Shown: positions 11,180 through 23,985 of the stretch, piece after piece
Position numbering within the stretch: position 1 is the stretch's first letter
Layout of the letters: every line of letters begins with the position of its first letter
NCBI GenBank assembly: GCA_008632985.1
Contig: QPGO01000116.1
Span: 124,001-188,000, forward strand
Reading direction: 5' to 3'
Origin: Psammoneis japonica
Taxonomy: Eukaryota
Length of the DNA: 64,000 nucleotides
The notes under the pieces: model-generated
Database searches by the model: none
What the model was told of the DNA's origin: nothing
Seen by the model: the letters and a program-made list of their open reading frames with translations, nothing else
Program-made: the position numbers and the translations under genes

Positions 11180-14100
11180 AGATGCCCACCAAAGTGCAAT
11201 CACAATGGACACTTCCTGCCTCCAAGCATGGCGTGGGTTGTTGTCACAGCATCCCCATGCCCCAGCCATTTGTTGCCATGCAAGCTGCCACAGATGCAAA
11301 GGCACCAGCACAACACTGCCAGCACTGGAAGAGTGGCTGATGGCTGCTGTTCTTGAGAGCCAAAGCACAGCAGGGAGGAGTGCGGGGTGATGGAACATTT
11401 GAGCAGTGTTCAACTTCTTCTTCTTCATCCTTGTCAGAGAGTCAGAGGAGTTGCAGTTCTCAAACAACCGCCACATTGAAGCTGGGGAAAGTTTGCCAGA
11501 TCAGACCACTGCACAGTCTCTTCTTGTAGAGCCAGCGCTGCCCCGGGGAATGTGCTCATTGCAACAACCGCTGCCACAGTCTGGACTCTGCTGCTCCAGA
11601 TTGAGTGCAGCAAAGGTCAAAGCTCTTCTTTGAGCAAGAGCACTTGGCCCCTTTGTGCAACAAGCTCCTCAAAATCTGGACAAAAAAAAAAGCTGCCATC
11701 AGAAGATTGTTCTGGCCGGCAACTCTGCTGGGGGATTGGAAAACCCCAGTTTTTCAAGTTTTGGCTGCTTTGCACATCACCCTCCACTCTGTTGGCAAGA
11801 GGAAATTTCCTGGTTCACCTTGCTCTGAGACAGAGGTTGGTGAGGTCTTTTTTCTCATTGACGAAGAGACATGTGGATGCTGTCAGCTCAAGAAAGGCAA
11901 AAAGTGCCACATCAAAAAGCTGCTTGACAATTGACAATTGTTCCACAATGGCAAAATTCTTTGCTCATGAGAACCCACCACCTTGGAGGCCAACCAACTG
12001 CCACTCCCTGCATCAGCTGCTCCATCACCTGTCAGCACTGTCACCAGCACATCCACAGAGTTCAAGAAGTTTTTCCCATGCTTCTTGCACTTGCCAGCTT
12101 GGGAATTGAGTGAGCTTGAACTTGTTTCTGCCAGAGGAGAACACATGGATGGATCCAAGCATGACCACAATTTTCTCCATTTGTTGGGAGGCATCAGCAT
12201 TGGAGCACAATGCTGCACAACCACTTGAAGAAGACATGTCATCAAGCAATGAAATGCAGTTGTTGCAGAGATGATCTGTGCAGCAGCTTCTGTTGCTGTG
12301 GATGATGACCCACACATGCAGAAGACCTGGACAAACAACATCAGCAGCTTTGTTCTTGTGTCCCCTTGCGTTGACATTCCACAACAGGTTGAGAACAGTT
12401 TGCATGCTGATGGCACATGAAATGATGAGCCTCTCTGGTCACATCATGAGCATCTCCATGAGTTGGCAAATGGCTGGCAAGGCAAGTCAAAGACATTGTG
12501 GGAAATGATGATCTTGAGAGATTGGTTGTGTGCATGTTGACAACTGGCCCAAGGGCACCAGTGCCATGGTGGGAGCACCTTCCTGTTTGAGGAAAAACAG
12601 GTCTGCAGCTGGGAGCCCACTTGGTCCTTGCCAAGAGACAGATTGATTGTGGTGCTGTGCCTGATGTGTCAAAGATCAGCTGTCCAACCAAAACAACATT
12701 TGGCCTTGCTGACCACACCACTGTTTCACAGTGTTTCACAAACAGCACCTGGCACTTTAGATGACTTGGTGGCACAGTTGCCCACTCGAGCCTTCCATTT
12801 TTTTCTTGCACTCTGAGAAAAGTTGCAAGTTGATCCTGGAGATCATGTGTCAACCTTTTGTTTGTGCGTCCTGTCAACTGCAAAAAATGCAGGACACCCA
12901 CCAAAGATGAGCACCTTGAAAAGTGAAAAGGGTGAATGATTTGACCACCCAATTTTGGGCCACCAAAATGACACAAAGTTGCAGGTTGCAGGGACAGATG
13001 TTGCCAGAGTGCAGGCCAATGCACACATCTTTGTTGCTGCAATCCCTGAGGAAGGCCAGAAGAAAGCAACTCTAAAGAATTTGCAGCTGAGCCTGAAGCC
13101 AGCTCCTTCACAACAGACAGTGACTCAGCCTGTCTCCATGAACTCTGCAAAGCATCACTTTTGCCTCACTGTGTTGCAGAGCTGCAGCACCAAGAGCTGG
13201 ATCCAAGCCCTGCAGACCTGTGTTTGTTGCCAAGGACAAAAGCACACTTCAACAGCTGTTGCCTGCTGGAGTGCAGTCTTGTGCTCTGAGCCATTGCTTG
13301 CACAACAGAGTTCTGTGCTGCAGACCGCTGTTTTGGTTGGAGGCAATTTGTGCTGAGTTGTTTGAGCCAAATCTGAACAGAGGAGAAGAGATCTCACCAA
13401 ATGAAAAACAGTGCAAAAATAATGGGCGCCAGCTGCAAGTGGTGCAGTGACAGGCTTTTTGATCAGCATCACCCAGATGCATGTGTGATGATGAGTGTCC
13501 TGGGGTTGGCAAGTGAGGGTCACATCCTTGAGCAATTTGTGGCTCTCTTGCTTGTCATTCTCAATTTTCTTGATGTGTTTGCAGTGCACTCCATCAACAT
13601 GGTCACCAGAACTTGCTCATTTTCTGGGAATGCACTTGTTTCCATCTGGTGCAGAGCTGATCCCATGTGATGGTGAACAAGGATGATGGTGATGAAAGAA
13701 CACATCTGGTGAGGTTGATCACAGCTGGGAGAGGAAAATTGAGTGGTTGGAACATGAAAGTGCCACCAAGCAGAAAGAGGGCTGGTGAACATCATTGTGA
13801 TGTGTGAGCTGAAGGCAAGGAAGCAAGTGAGGAAGCATCAGAGGAGTGATGTGGATGACAAGTCAAAACTGGCATGACAGACAGTTTAGCACCAGAGCAT
13901 TTGTTGGTGAAATGACCTTTGCTGTTTTCACACAACACAGTGGTGGAGAATGAGCAAGGCAACAAATGAACGGATTTGGCAAATGCAGTTCAAACCCTTG
14001 TGGAGGCTGCCAACTGCCAAAAAACACTGTCACATGTGCAGAAAGACACTGGCTGGGTTGCCATCATTCTTCAAAGTGGCAGCAGAGCAGAGACATGACA

Positions 14101-17100
14101 AAATTCCATGTTGCCTCATCTGCCAGACCCTGCCAAACTTCTTCCCCTCTGAGAGCATGCAAGAGTGCTGTCAGACAAAAAGGCAAGCTTTGGCACTCAC
14201 AAAGTCAAAATCAACACATGGAATGAACACAACAACAGCCTCTGTGCAACATGCTTGAGTCAGACAACTCATCCAAACCTTGTGATCAATGTGTCACTCC
14301 TTTGCTGTGTTGTTGTGTGTGCCAAAATTTTGGAAAGAAAGGCTGCAAGGAATCAACCAATGGATTGGTCATCTTTTGTCCAGCAGTGGGAACCAGGTTT
14401 CTGTGACATGACACAAACCACCTGCACCTTTCAGAACCAGCAGCATGTGTTGCAGCATCTGTGCCAGATGTGACAGCAGCTGTGCCAGATGCAGCAGCAC
14501 TGCAACAGCCAAGGAAGGAGCTTTTGCCAGAGCAAAAGCCCTGCCATGGTTGTGGTGTGTGCCAGCTCAAGAACTGCAGCAGGAATCTGAAATGTTTGAA
14601 GATGAAGCACATTCCCACCAAAACAAAAAGTGTGCAAAGTTGGAATGACTGCCAGCTGGCGATGCTTCTTGACAGAGGAGGGAGCAATTTGAGTCAGGCC
14701 CAACTGAGCTGTGCATCAAGTGCAGCACCATGATTGATCTCTCTTCTCTTGGCAAGGGCCAAGGGAATTTCTTTGGGCAGCAAACCCCTTTTCCCACAAA
14801 CTGGAAGGTGCTCCTGCAATGCTGCCCTTGGCCCAACTGCCAACATGGCTGTGCACCACCACAACCAAACTCTCAAGGTCCTTTTCTGCAATGATGGAGG
14901 CTCATGACATGACCCAAGGCTCACCTTTTTGTGTGCCCCATCAAGCAGATGACAAGCTGGCTGGTCATCATGAGGTTTTGCTGCATGAAGCTGTTCTCAC
15001 CCTCTGGTGAAACATCAGCACAGGACATCAACATGCAACAAAAGCTGCTGATGGTGTTCTCCTGTTGTCTTCTGCGCATGGATCATCATCAAGAAGATTG
15101 ATGAAAACTGAGTGGCACATCTCAACAGCAGCTGCTTTGCATCACTTGACCATGTCCTGCTTCTTTGCACAATTGTGCAGCACTGTGCTGCTCCAGCTCA
15201 TGACAAGCAGCAATGCCCCTCAAAAGGAGAAAGTGTTTTGGTCAAGCACATGTGGAGCCATCCATGCATTCTTGTTTTGGCTCGCCACTTTGGAGGAATG
15301 GTCAGTGAGGTCAGAGGTTGCCACAGCAGGAGGAGGTTTGTCATCAGGTGCAAGTTGAAGGCCTGAGCAAATGTTTTGAAATGGTGAACACCCACGCCAG
15401 TGGGGACCAGAGGGGCTTGACTTTGCAAAGAGGAAGGAGGTGGAGCAGCTGGCTCTCTTGAGAAATTTCTGACATTTCCAAGGAGCTCCAGAGCTGCAAA
15501 AAATCTGGCAGAGGCAATGGAGTTCACAGCATCTGACACTTCATTGGAGATTCCTGGAATCAGTGGGTGGGGTTGACCTTGCACCGGCAAGGCATCCTCT
15601 GGAAGGTCACTCATCATGCTTTGAAGGGTCTGAGCAAGGTGCAAGCAAACTTGCTTGTGATGTGGTTTCTTGTGCACCAAGACATTGAAATGGGGAAAAC
15701 TGGCCCTCCTCTTTTCATGGGGATGACATCCTGAACACCGTCAATGAGTTTGAGCCAGATGCAAAGGCAGAAATTGACAGTTTTGGCACAATGCAACAGG
15801 GGAACCAAACAAGTTGTTCCGGCAAGTTTGCATTGGTGCTGAATGGCCTTGCCATGCGCTTCAGCTTCAGGATGAGAACAGCGCCAATGGAAAAGGATTG
15901 GGAGCCACCTGGATTGAGTTCTTGGCAGGAGAAGAAATCTTCTGGGGAATGAGCCTGATTGGTGATTTTGCACAGCTGTTTGGCACAAGGCACAATGGCT
16001 TGGAGTTACTTGATGACAACATCAGTGGAACAGCATTGAGGGAAATGCTCAGTGATGTGCAAGGTCTGTGGTGATGGGGCGTCTCATCCCATTCATGATG
16101 CTGTGCACAAATGGAACTGTCTTTGAGAGTCTCACTCACAAAAGAAATGTCTCAAATGTCAGAGAGGGCAAAAGAGGTGTGGAGGTGATGGACAATGACA
16201 TGTGCAGGCTTGTGATGATGAGTGCCACCAATGCAATGAATCACAAAATGTTGAGAGTGAGTTCTCAGACAGGAAAAAGCAGCAACAGCACTGACAACGA
16301 TGGGGCTGATGCAGCAAGTGGTGGTGTGTGGGTGCTGGTTGACTTCTAAGGTGCTAGAAGGCTCATGATGCAGCATCAGTGAAGAATTTTGCCACACGAA
16401 AATCCCAAGCAGCAGCTGTTTGATGTGACATTTTTCACCTTTGAACCAACACAGCCTTCACACATCTCTTGGTCAATTGGGAAAAACCTCACCAACTTGT
16501 CTTGCAGCAAAATGAATCAGGAAATTTGACCTCTTTCCAGCAGCATCAGAAGGTGACAGTGCAAAAAGCAAGGTTGGAACCAGGATTTCCCACCCCCCCA
16601 GCATCATTGTCAGTGTCAAAACAGCACTCTGAAAGCAGCACTTGTTTGCCCAGATTTCAAAGAGCTTGTTGCACAAAGGGGCAGAGCACTCTGGCTCAAA
16701 GTGCGCGACATGCTGCACAACCATGGCCCTTGCAGCGAGCGAGCCGAGAGTGGGGATGATCATGAATCCCACACGAAGAAGAAGAAGAGACTGCAGTGGT
16801 CTGACCAGGCAAATGCCATGGCTCCAGCTGCTCCCCAAGAACCACCATTCCCCTGGCAAGAATGCAATGAGAGAAGTTGGACACTGCTCAAATGATGTTT
16901 CATCACCCCATGCTCCTCCCCGCCCCGATCGCTGGCTCTCTCAACAAAACAACAAGAAGAGCTGCTCGCTCTCCCAGCTCTCACTCTCCTCCTTCAGTGC
17001 TGCTGATGCCTCAGCATCCACAGCAGCTTGCATGGCAACAATGGCTGGGATGTCAGGGATGCTGTGACAACAACCCATGCTGCGCTTGAAAACCCTTGCA

Positions 17101-17140
17101 GTGGAAGTGTCCATTGTGACTTGTGATTGTGCCGAGTTTC
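11180..17140. mobile_element. Degenerate element bounded by long (about 850 bp) diverged inverted repeats; TpA- and CpG-depleted
   Basis: About 11190-12040 is the reverse complement of about 16280-17130 (e.g. tcacaatggacacttcc / ggaagtgtccattgtga; cccctttgtgcaacaagctc / gagcttgttgcacaaagggg). No intact transposase recognised. Confidence 0.65.
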
Positions 17141-17418
17141 GATCTGGAGGAAAAATTGGTTCATGTTTTTCTTTCTTTTGTCATTTTTTTCATTTCTCCA
17201 AATTTTTCATTAGAAAAACGACGCCAATTGAAGATTTCGCGTGTGTACGGAGACTGAGGTAACATCCTACATACCTAAATCCTACACGCCTTCCTGGTAT
17301 AATTCAGCTTCACCTTTCTCTGCGCTTTTTTGCTTGCTGCTCATGGCATGGCGGCGGTGTTTTGCGGAGGTCTCTGAGCTTTACTCAGCAAGAGGGTCAA
17401 ACTCCTATCAGTCTCAAC

Positions 17419-20400
17419 ATGGCGGAAGACGCTACAAAAGCCTCAAAGTTATCGCCCTCCAAGCCGGATTTAAGCTCGACGTTCGAACCAGCAGCCAAGA
17501 GTGACAATAAACGCAACAAGCCCAGACTGCGCAGCAGTGACTTTAGCAGCCCCACCACATCTGTAGCGGATGTAACCGAAAGCAGCGATGTCGGACGAAG
17601 TGCCCGTCTCAGTTTCTTTCGTAATTTGATTGGACATCGCAACGATGATTACCGTGCGGACGCCCCGCAAGAAGTTGTGGTGGAGATGGACGAGGATCAA
17701 GCCATGAGTGCAGAAGCAAGTAACAATCGGTCGAGTCGCTCGAGTCGCAGTAGAATCACTTCAAGATGGAGCACTCGTCCCAGCACGGAAGAAGCGTCTT
17801 CTCTTGGACAGCGTGGCAGGAATTGTTGGCGTTCCATGGTGGAACAAGACATGCCTCGGATTTTGGGATCCAGAATTTGGCATGCCGGTCTCATCTTTTT
17901 CACGCTGGTGCTGCTGTTTGGATCGCAGATTCAGGCGCTGTGGATCCCAAAGAAGGAGACGTTTTCTTTGACGTCCTGTATATGGTGGACTTTGTCTTTT
18001 TCATTACAGATATTTGCATGAGATGCTTGGTGGAAAAGTCGTACTTTCATTTTCAGCTCTGTCAAAAGGATGACTCCACTTCGACGTGGGGAAGTTGTCG
18101 GCTTGGATCGTTTATGTTTTGGTGCGACCTGATTTCTTCCTTTCTGTTGCTCTATGACATCACCTTCATCAATCGGAGTGTCTTTCAGACTTCAACTATC
18201 GATATTACATTGGATAGCTTTGGGCTAGTGGTGAGTTCTGGTGTGACTAACCTGTTTTGTTGAATGCCTTATGAATTCGCAGTCTCTCATCCGTTTTGTT
18301 GTTCTTGCTTTACTTTAGACCGGCGGTACGGAAGAAATCAACACGGCTCTACCGATTCGGTGGCAGCCAGACTTGATCGTCACGGTCTTGCGTACAACTC
18401 GCGTGGCTCGTTTTATCCGTGCCTCTACGGTCGTCAAGACAAGCTCCATGGTGAATTGGTATTGGATGTTCCAATGGTTCAATCCAATTTGTTACTTTGA
18501 GAAAATAAAAGCCTTTTGTGGTCGCAAACTTGGAATGAAACAGAAGGAACCCGAAGAAGTCGTTGCTGCCGAACGGAGTGGAAGTGCTGATGCGTGGAGC
18601 AACTTGGCCCTGGGAGCTATTTCGACTGTTCAAGCCAAGCAACACGCCAGAATGCAACAAAAGGGCTTCAAGGGTTTTGTGGTCTCGTGTTTGATTCGTA
18701 TTGGTGTGTTACCAAACGAAGAGAAGAACTTGAAGGAGCGCATTGTGGCTGCTACCAAGATTCAACGAGCCTGGAGACGCTTTGCGACCGCCGATCTTCC
18801 TGCGGACGCGGAGGATGTAGCTTCTGGTAACGATCCGTTGGATCATACGGCAAGCAAATCCACTGATGGTTCTGCTAAAAAGAAACAACCTGGAAGGACC
18901 AATGCGATTCAAAGAACGATTCGTCGAAGTCTTGACGGTAAGGTGCAAGAGTCTCAAGTTGGTAGCGCCATGCGTGAATTGACGGGACAACGCGTCGCCG
19001 TTGGTGTCATCCTTTCCATGATTTTGACCATTCTTTTTACCTATTCTGAGAATGATGCCACGCTGCCGTCCACGATGATTGTCCTTCACGGGCAAACGGC
19101 CATTGAAGGGTTCGCGAATCAGGCTCTCAACGCTGCTCGTCGGAGCTCTGTACCTGGTCTGTACGAATATCAAACGGCAAATGGTACGGTGTATGAATTG
19201 AGATTGATGGCGAGGATCCTGACGAACTGAGGGACTGGGAGCTCTTGTACATTACAATCAAGGGTGACGAGGACAGTCTGAATTACAATGGAACAACAAC
19301 GGGCTACTTCACCAACCGCGAATACGTGCGTGATGCTGCTCTTGTGGAAATCCTCATAACCATTTTTATTTTGCTCATTTGGTTCTTTGGAGTCACGGCG
19401 TTTGCGGGTCCGGTCATGACGCTGGTTGTGATTCCATCGAGCGAATGATTCGATTGCTCGCGATGCTTGTAGATGACCCACTGGGTTATCAGAGCAGCAT
19501 GCGTTACAAAGATTTTGTAAACGAAGAAGATCAATTGACAAAGAACTCGCGCTGGACAAAGGAAGTGTTGAAAGGAATGGAAACGTAAGTTGTACTTTGT
19601 GTGATGGAATCGCTTCAGGGAAAATGGCATTCTAAACTCACGCTTCCATCTTTCCCTATGCTTAGTTCGTTTCTGATGTCTACCATCAATCGTATCGGGT
19701 CCTTGATGAAAGTGGGTTTCGGTAGCGCTGGCGTAGAAATCATTCGGAGCAATTTGCAAAGGGGTCAGAAGAAAGACACGCTGTTTCTTAACTCCCAGGG
19801 TTCTACGGTGGCGTGCATTTTCTTGTTTTGCGACATTCGACAGTTTACAGATGCCACAGAGTCGCTGCAGGAGGAAGTTTTTCTGTTCACAAACAAAATC
19901 GCCGCCGTTGTGCACTCGTTCTGTCACGCCTATGGTGGTTCTGCAAACAAAAACGTCGGTGACGCCTTTCTTCTCAGTTGGCGGTTAAAGGACGAAGGGA
20001 AGAACTCGGCGACCAATTCCTTTAGCGATGGCATTGGAGGACACAATACAGACACGTTTACGACCGAGAAGAACGAGGCTGATAAAGCACTTTTCTCGGT
20101 TGTGAAGATTTGCATTGCTCTTCAGCACGACGAGTACTACATAGAAGCCATGTCTCCGTCGTCTCGTGAGGCACTTCTGAAGAAAATCGAAAACAGGGAA
20201 GGGCCAGTGGTGCAGGTAAGCTTTGATTGCGTGGGGTTGTGGAAAGACTCAATCGATGCGCACTAACGGATGTTTATGTTGCGTTATTACCAACAGATGG
20301 GCTTTGGCTTGCATGCCGGCAAAGCTATTCAGGGAGCCCTTGGTTCACAGCGAAAGATTGATGCCACGTATGTGTCCGAAGCGGTGGAACGGGCCGAGTT

Positions 20401-21148
20401 TCTCGAATCGTCCACAAAGAAGTATGGAGTCAAAGTTCTCATGTCGGATAGCTTCTACAGACTTCTTCAACAGACGAGCCGGACTCGTTGTCGAAAAGTC
20501 GACCATATTCTCATCGATGACGACGAAGAGGATGATGACGATTCGTACGAGAGGGAAAGAGAGTATATGGAGCTATTCACTTTTGACATGGATATGGACG
20601 GGCTTTCAAAGATGGAGGACGAAAATGCGACTTCTGAGAATGAGTCCTCTCTGAACGAAAGCTCTGTCTCTGTTCGAGTAAGCAAGAGAGCAGAACTTCG
20701 ACGACGACGCAGTATCAAGGGTAAGAAAGCATTCGCCGGTTTAGTTGAGGTTGGCGGCGAAGTCATTAATGCAACATTGCACGAACAAGACAACAATAGT
20801 CGTACAAGCATCAAGGGTGACAGCGATAGCGAAGATGAAAATGCTAAAGTCGCGCGCCAACCGCTGGTTCTACCCACCGGTTCAGCTTTGTTCAATCCTG
20901 GTGTATGGGCGGCTGATGACATCAAGGCGATTCGTCGTAAATTCAATGACGGCTTTTTCTATCCCCGTTACCAGTCAGGATTGCAGTCTTATTATTCAAA
21001 GGATTGGCAGCAAGCAAAGCAGTGCTTTGAAGATCTCGTGAGACGTTACAATGACGGGCCGTCGAAGTACTTCCTGAAAGAGATCGAAGATCACGGCGGC
21101 GTCCCCCCTCGCAATTTCATTGGATATCAGCAACAGTTTGGAGGTTAA
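17419..21148 (+). CDS. Transmembrane class III adenylyl/guanylyl cyclase with ion-channel/voltage-sensor-like N-terminus
   Basis: Catalytic motifs FCDIRQFT, NKNVGDAFLL and MGFGLHAG..GALGSQRKIDATYVS; several TM helices; S4-like LRTTRVARFIR; C-terminal TPR-like W..AK..F..DGPS. Introns near 18231-18318, 19585-19664 and 20216-20296, plus apparent frameshifts. Confidence 0.85.
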
Positions 21149-21463
21149 GTCGTTTATATGTGAAAAGTTACATATTGTACTTCTAGTAGCCCCATTATTT
21201 ATGGTTCGTCATGTGCAGCATTCCTTCTCGTTTCCTGCGAGTTTTCTGGCACTTGTTCGGAATGTGGTTGGCAGATTACATTTCCGGTGGACACAAATGT
21301 CAGTGATACTAGAGAAAGTATTCCATACTCTCGGTAGAAGAAGAGAAATCTAGCATACGGTACCGGTACGTGCGTCGTCCGAAGCTGTTTTCAAACATTA
21401 TCGCGCGCGATCGCGCGTTCTCCGACTCACCGATCGAACGCACAAAATCGAGCACAATTGACC

Positions 21464-22600
21464 ATGGCGGCCACCTCCAACGCTCCCTTTTCGTTTTCCT
21501 CTGCCACTCCACCGGCTGCTGGTAGGGTTGACAAGTCCCCCCCAAAGGGTCTGGTGAATCCTTTGTTGTCAAAAAGTCCGGCCCCTTTCCAACAAGCGCC
21601 CGTTGCAGGCAATGCTGCCGCCGCACGCGGTCTCTCTGAAACAAATAATGATGGCTTGCGCCAGCGTCGAAAGAGCAGCGAAGCAAAGGACAAGGCTTCT
21701 ACTAAGAGTCCCTTTCCTCCAAATTAAGCCTTACCATGGGAGGAGGGTTTGCTGGGGCCTTGGACGACAGCAACAAGGTATGCGGAAAGCATAGTTTTGT
21801 GTTTGATTCTTCTGATATCTGTTTGATTCGGCAGATTGTCATTGCTGTCTTTAGCTCAGAAGTAATTGACTAACTAATGCTGGCACTCACCCATGATCTG
21901 TTTGTGCTCTGTACTTTTTATGATTAATATACGCAGGTTATGGGAGGCTCAAGCAATGTTACGCAGACACCTTGGACGTCGCCTCTCGAAACGGCCGACG
22001 ATACGGATGAAGCGTTTGATCGCTACGTGGTTGTGTATGGCTACGCCACCGCTGCGCAGTATGAGGCGATTCTTCGTCGATTTGAGACATATGGTAAGAT
22101 TGTGAATCGTCACGGTGTCTGTCGACCTGGCATGTCCAACTGGGTGGCGCTTCAATACGAAAGCCCGCTTCAGGCAGAAAAGGCACTCAGCCAGCAGAAC
22201 ACAATCATTATGAATGGGATTCTAGTCGGTGTCATGCGAATGGATGCTTCCTTGAAGGAGTCACTTGATTGGAACGCTACCGCACCGCCACTGGCAACAC
22301 CGACAGGTAGTGAGGGCGTCTCTCCTCCCGGCAAACAGCGTCTGGACGGAGTCTTTCGCGACAGTATGGATCAAACCACAAACGGGCGTCAAGACAGAGT
22401 CTTTCGCGACAGCATGGTCAAACCACAAACGGGCGTGAGTTTACGGAAGAAGATGTCTTGCTTCTGGGCCGTGAAAGCGAGTCTCGGGCACGCCGTGACG
22501 GAGTGAAACCGGGCCCTTGTGATCGATTCATCAGGTGGTGTTATGGCTGGAACAGCTCTTCCTCTGGTGTATCCCAGGCTTTGACTCAGAATGGGAGAAT
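21464..22600 (+). CDS. NUP35: Nucleoporin Nup35/Nup53 (MPPN RRM-like domain)
   Basis: YVVVYGY..ILRRFETYGKIV..SNWVALQYESPLQAEKAL..NGILVGV; intron about 21778-21936; ends approximate because of frameshifts. Confidence 0.72.
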
Positions 22601-22885
22601 GTAGGGCTATGGCACACTACTTTGTGGTTGTTCAGGGGGGAAGAGATCGGGTGGTTGCGCTAGCGCTGCAACTTATTCTTCAATTATTTGCTAGTTGATA
22701 TCATAGTTGGGCCTAGATACTTCATGTAATCCACTCTTCTTCATCAGTACTACCAGATACGACTGCGAAGGCCCTTTGCTTGCAACAGCTTCTCCATAAA
22801 CGGTATCAATTGGTAACTACAGTAAGCTTGGCATGAGTCTAGGTGCGTCCATTTCCACGTCGCAGATTTAAGCGTGGATATTGCA

Positions 22886-23221
22886 TCACTTGTCATTCCA
22901 TTGATGGCTGCATTTGCAGCATTTATAAAAAACGCTCATTGGTTCATCAGCACTCCGAATTTGCATTTGCAAAAAGTAAGCTTCGCCGTGACTGCAAGAG
23001 GGACAGACTGCCATGGTTCGGTCCACATTCTCCCACGCTGCTGCTCCTCCAAGGATATCATCGACAACCTTGCGTTCTGGGTGCATCTTTTTTGTCACAT
23101 GGGAGTCAATCTCGCGCGCGTATGGGCAGGTGGAGCACGCAAACAGAGTCACCGCTTCGGTCGATCCCGACGTTGGCAGCTGCACTTGAAGCAACGTCCC
23201 GTCCAACGGACAAAACCACAT
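22886..23221 (-). CDS. POLR3K: RNA polymerase III subunit RPC11 (C11/RPC10)
   Basis: MWFCPLDG..CSTCPY N-terminal zinc ribbon and TFIIS-like CPSC..QIRSADEPMSVFYKCCKCSHQW. Confidence 0.93.
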   Translation of the reverse strand: MWFCPLDGTLLQVQLPTSGSTEAVTLFACSTCPYAREIDSHVTKKMHPERKVVDDILGGAAAWENVDRTMAVCPSCSHGEAYFLQMQIRSADEPMSVFYKCCKCSHQWNDK

Positions 23222-23985
23222 GATAAATTTCTGCACTGTATATTTGGATCCTTACTGTAATCGAAAGCTGTCTACCGCACAAAAACTCGGCCACGACACG
23301 CTGCTATCCGACAGATTCCAAGATGTTGTGTTTTGCGGCTACTGTCATCCACAGGACGAGCTGACGACGAGCCGGATTTTCAATTTTATTTTTTGTTTGC
23401 GCCGCGTCGTTCGTTCGTCGTTGCGTTGGATGATGGAGATTTTGTTGTGATCGTGAAGTGTGGCCATGCATGCATCGTCCACTTCGGCGCAAAGTGACAC
23501 AGGTTATTTAAGAGGCTCGGAAAACAGAATCTAACATACTACATCATACTGGAGTCTTGTGTAGAGTCGCACGTGGATGGTGTCATGGTACACATCAATG
23601 TCTCTAAATCATTGCTGGCGCGAAGTGTCAATGTCTTTACGTAGAATATGTACTAAAGCTACGTGCGTGATGACGCCCAGCGCGTTTGCTGTCACCTTTC
23701 AAATTCCAAAAAATTCTTTCGTGAAAGAGTTTCGCCTCGTGGCACTCTTGCGAACACAATCTAGCCATCAAGCACGCTCTGACCAATGCTGAGTTGAGAA
23801 CGCAACTGAAGCCATCATTCCCATATAACAATGGTAGGTCTATGTCACAATTGAAGCCAGCGTTGTCTCCTTTATCTTGGTTGTGCTGGTGTTGTGTACT
23901 TATTCGATCCTCGATCCTTTGTCAGCAAACTAACGCAATGCCGTGTTTGACGCTGACACCGCAGAACCTTTTCTCTCGTCAAGCA

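Noticed and set aside
11153..17262. Dense overlapping Cys/His/Gln-rich ORFs in all six frames (also 39700-51700)
   Set aside because: Loss of TpA removes TAA/TAG stops and Tyr codons, which inflates spurious ORFs; they are not genes.
22349..22437. About 40-bp direct repeat in the Nup35 3' region
   Set aside because: Small local duplication in a low-complexity tail with no sign of mobility.
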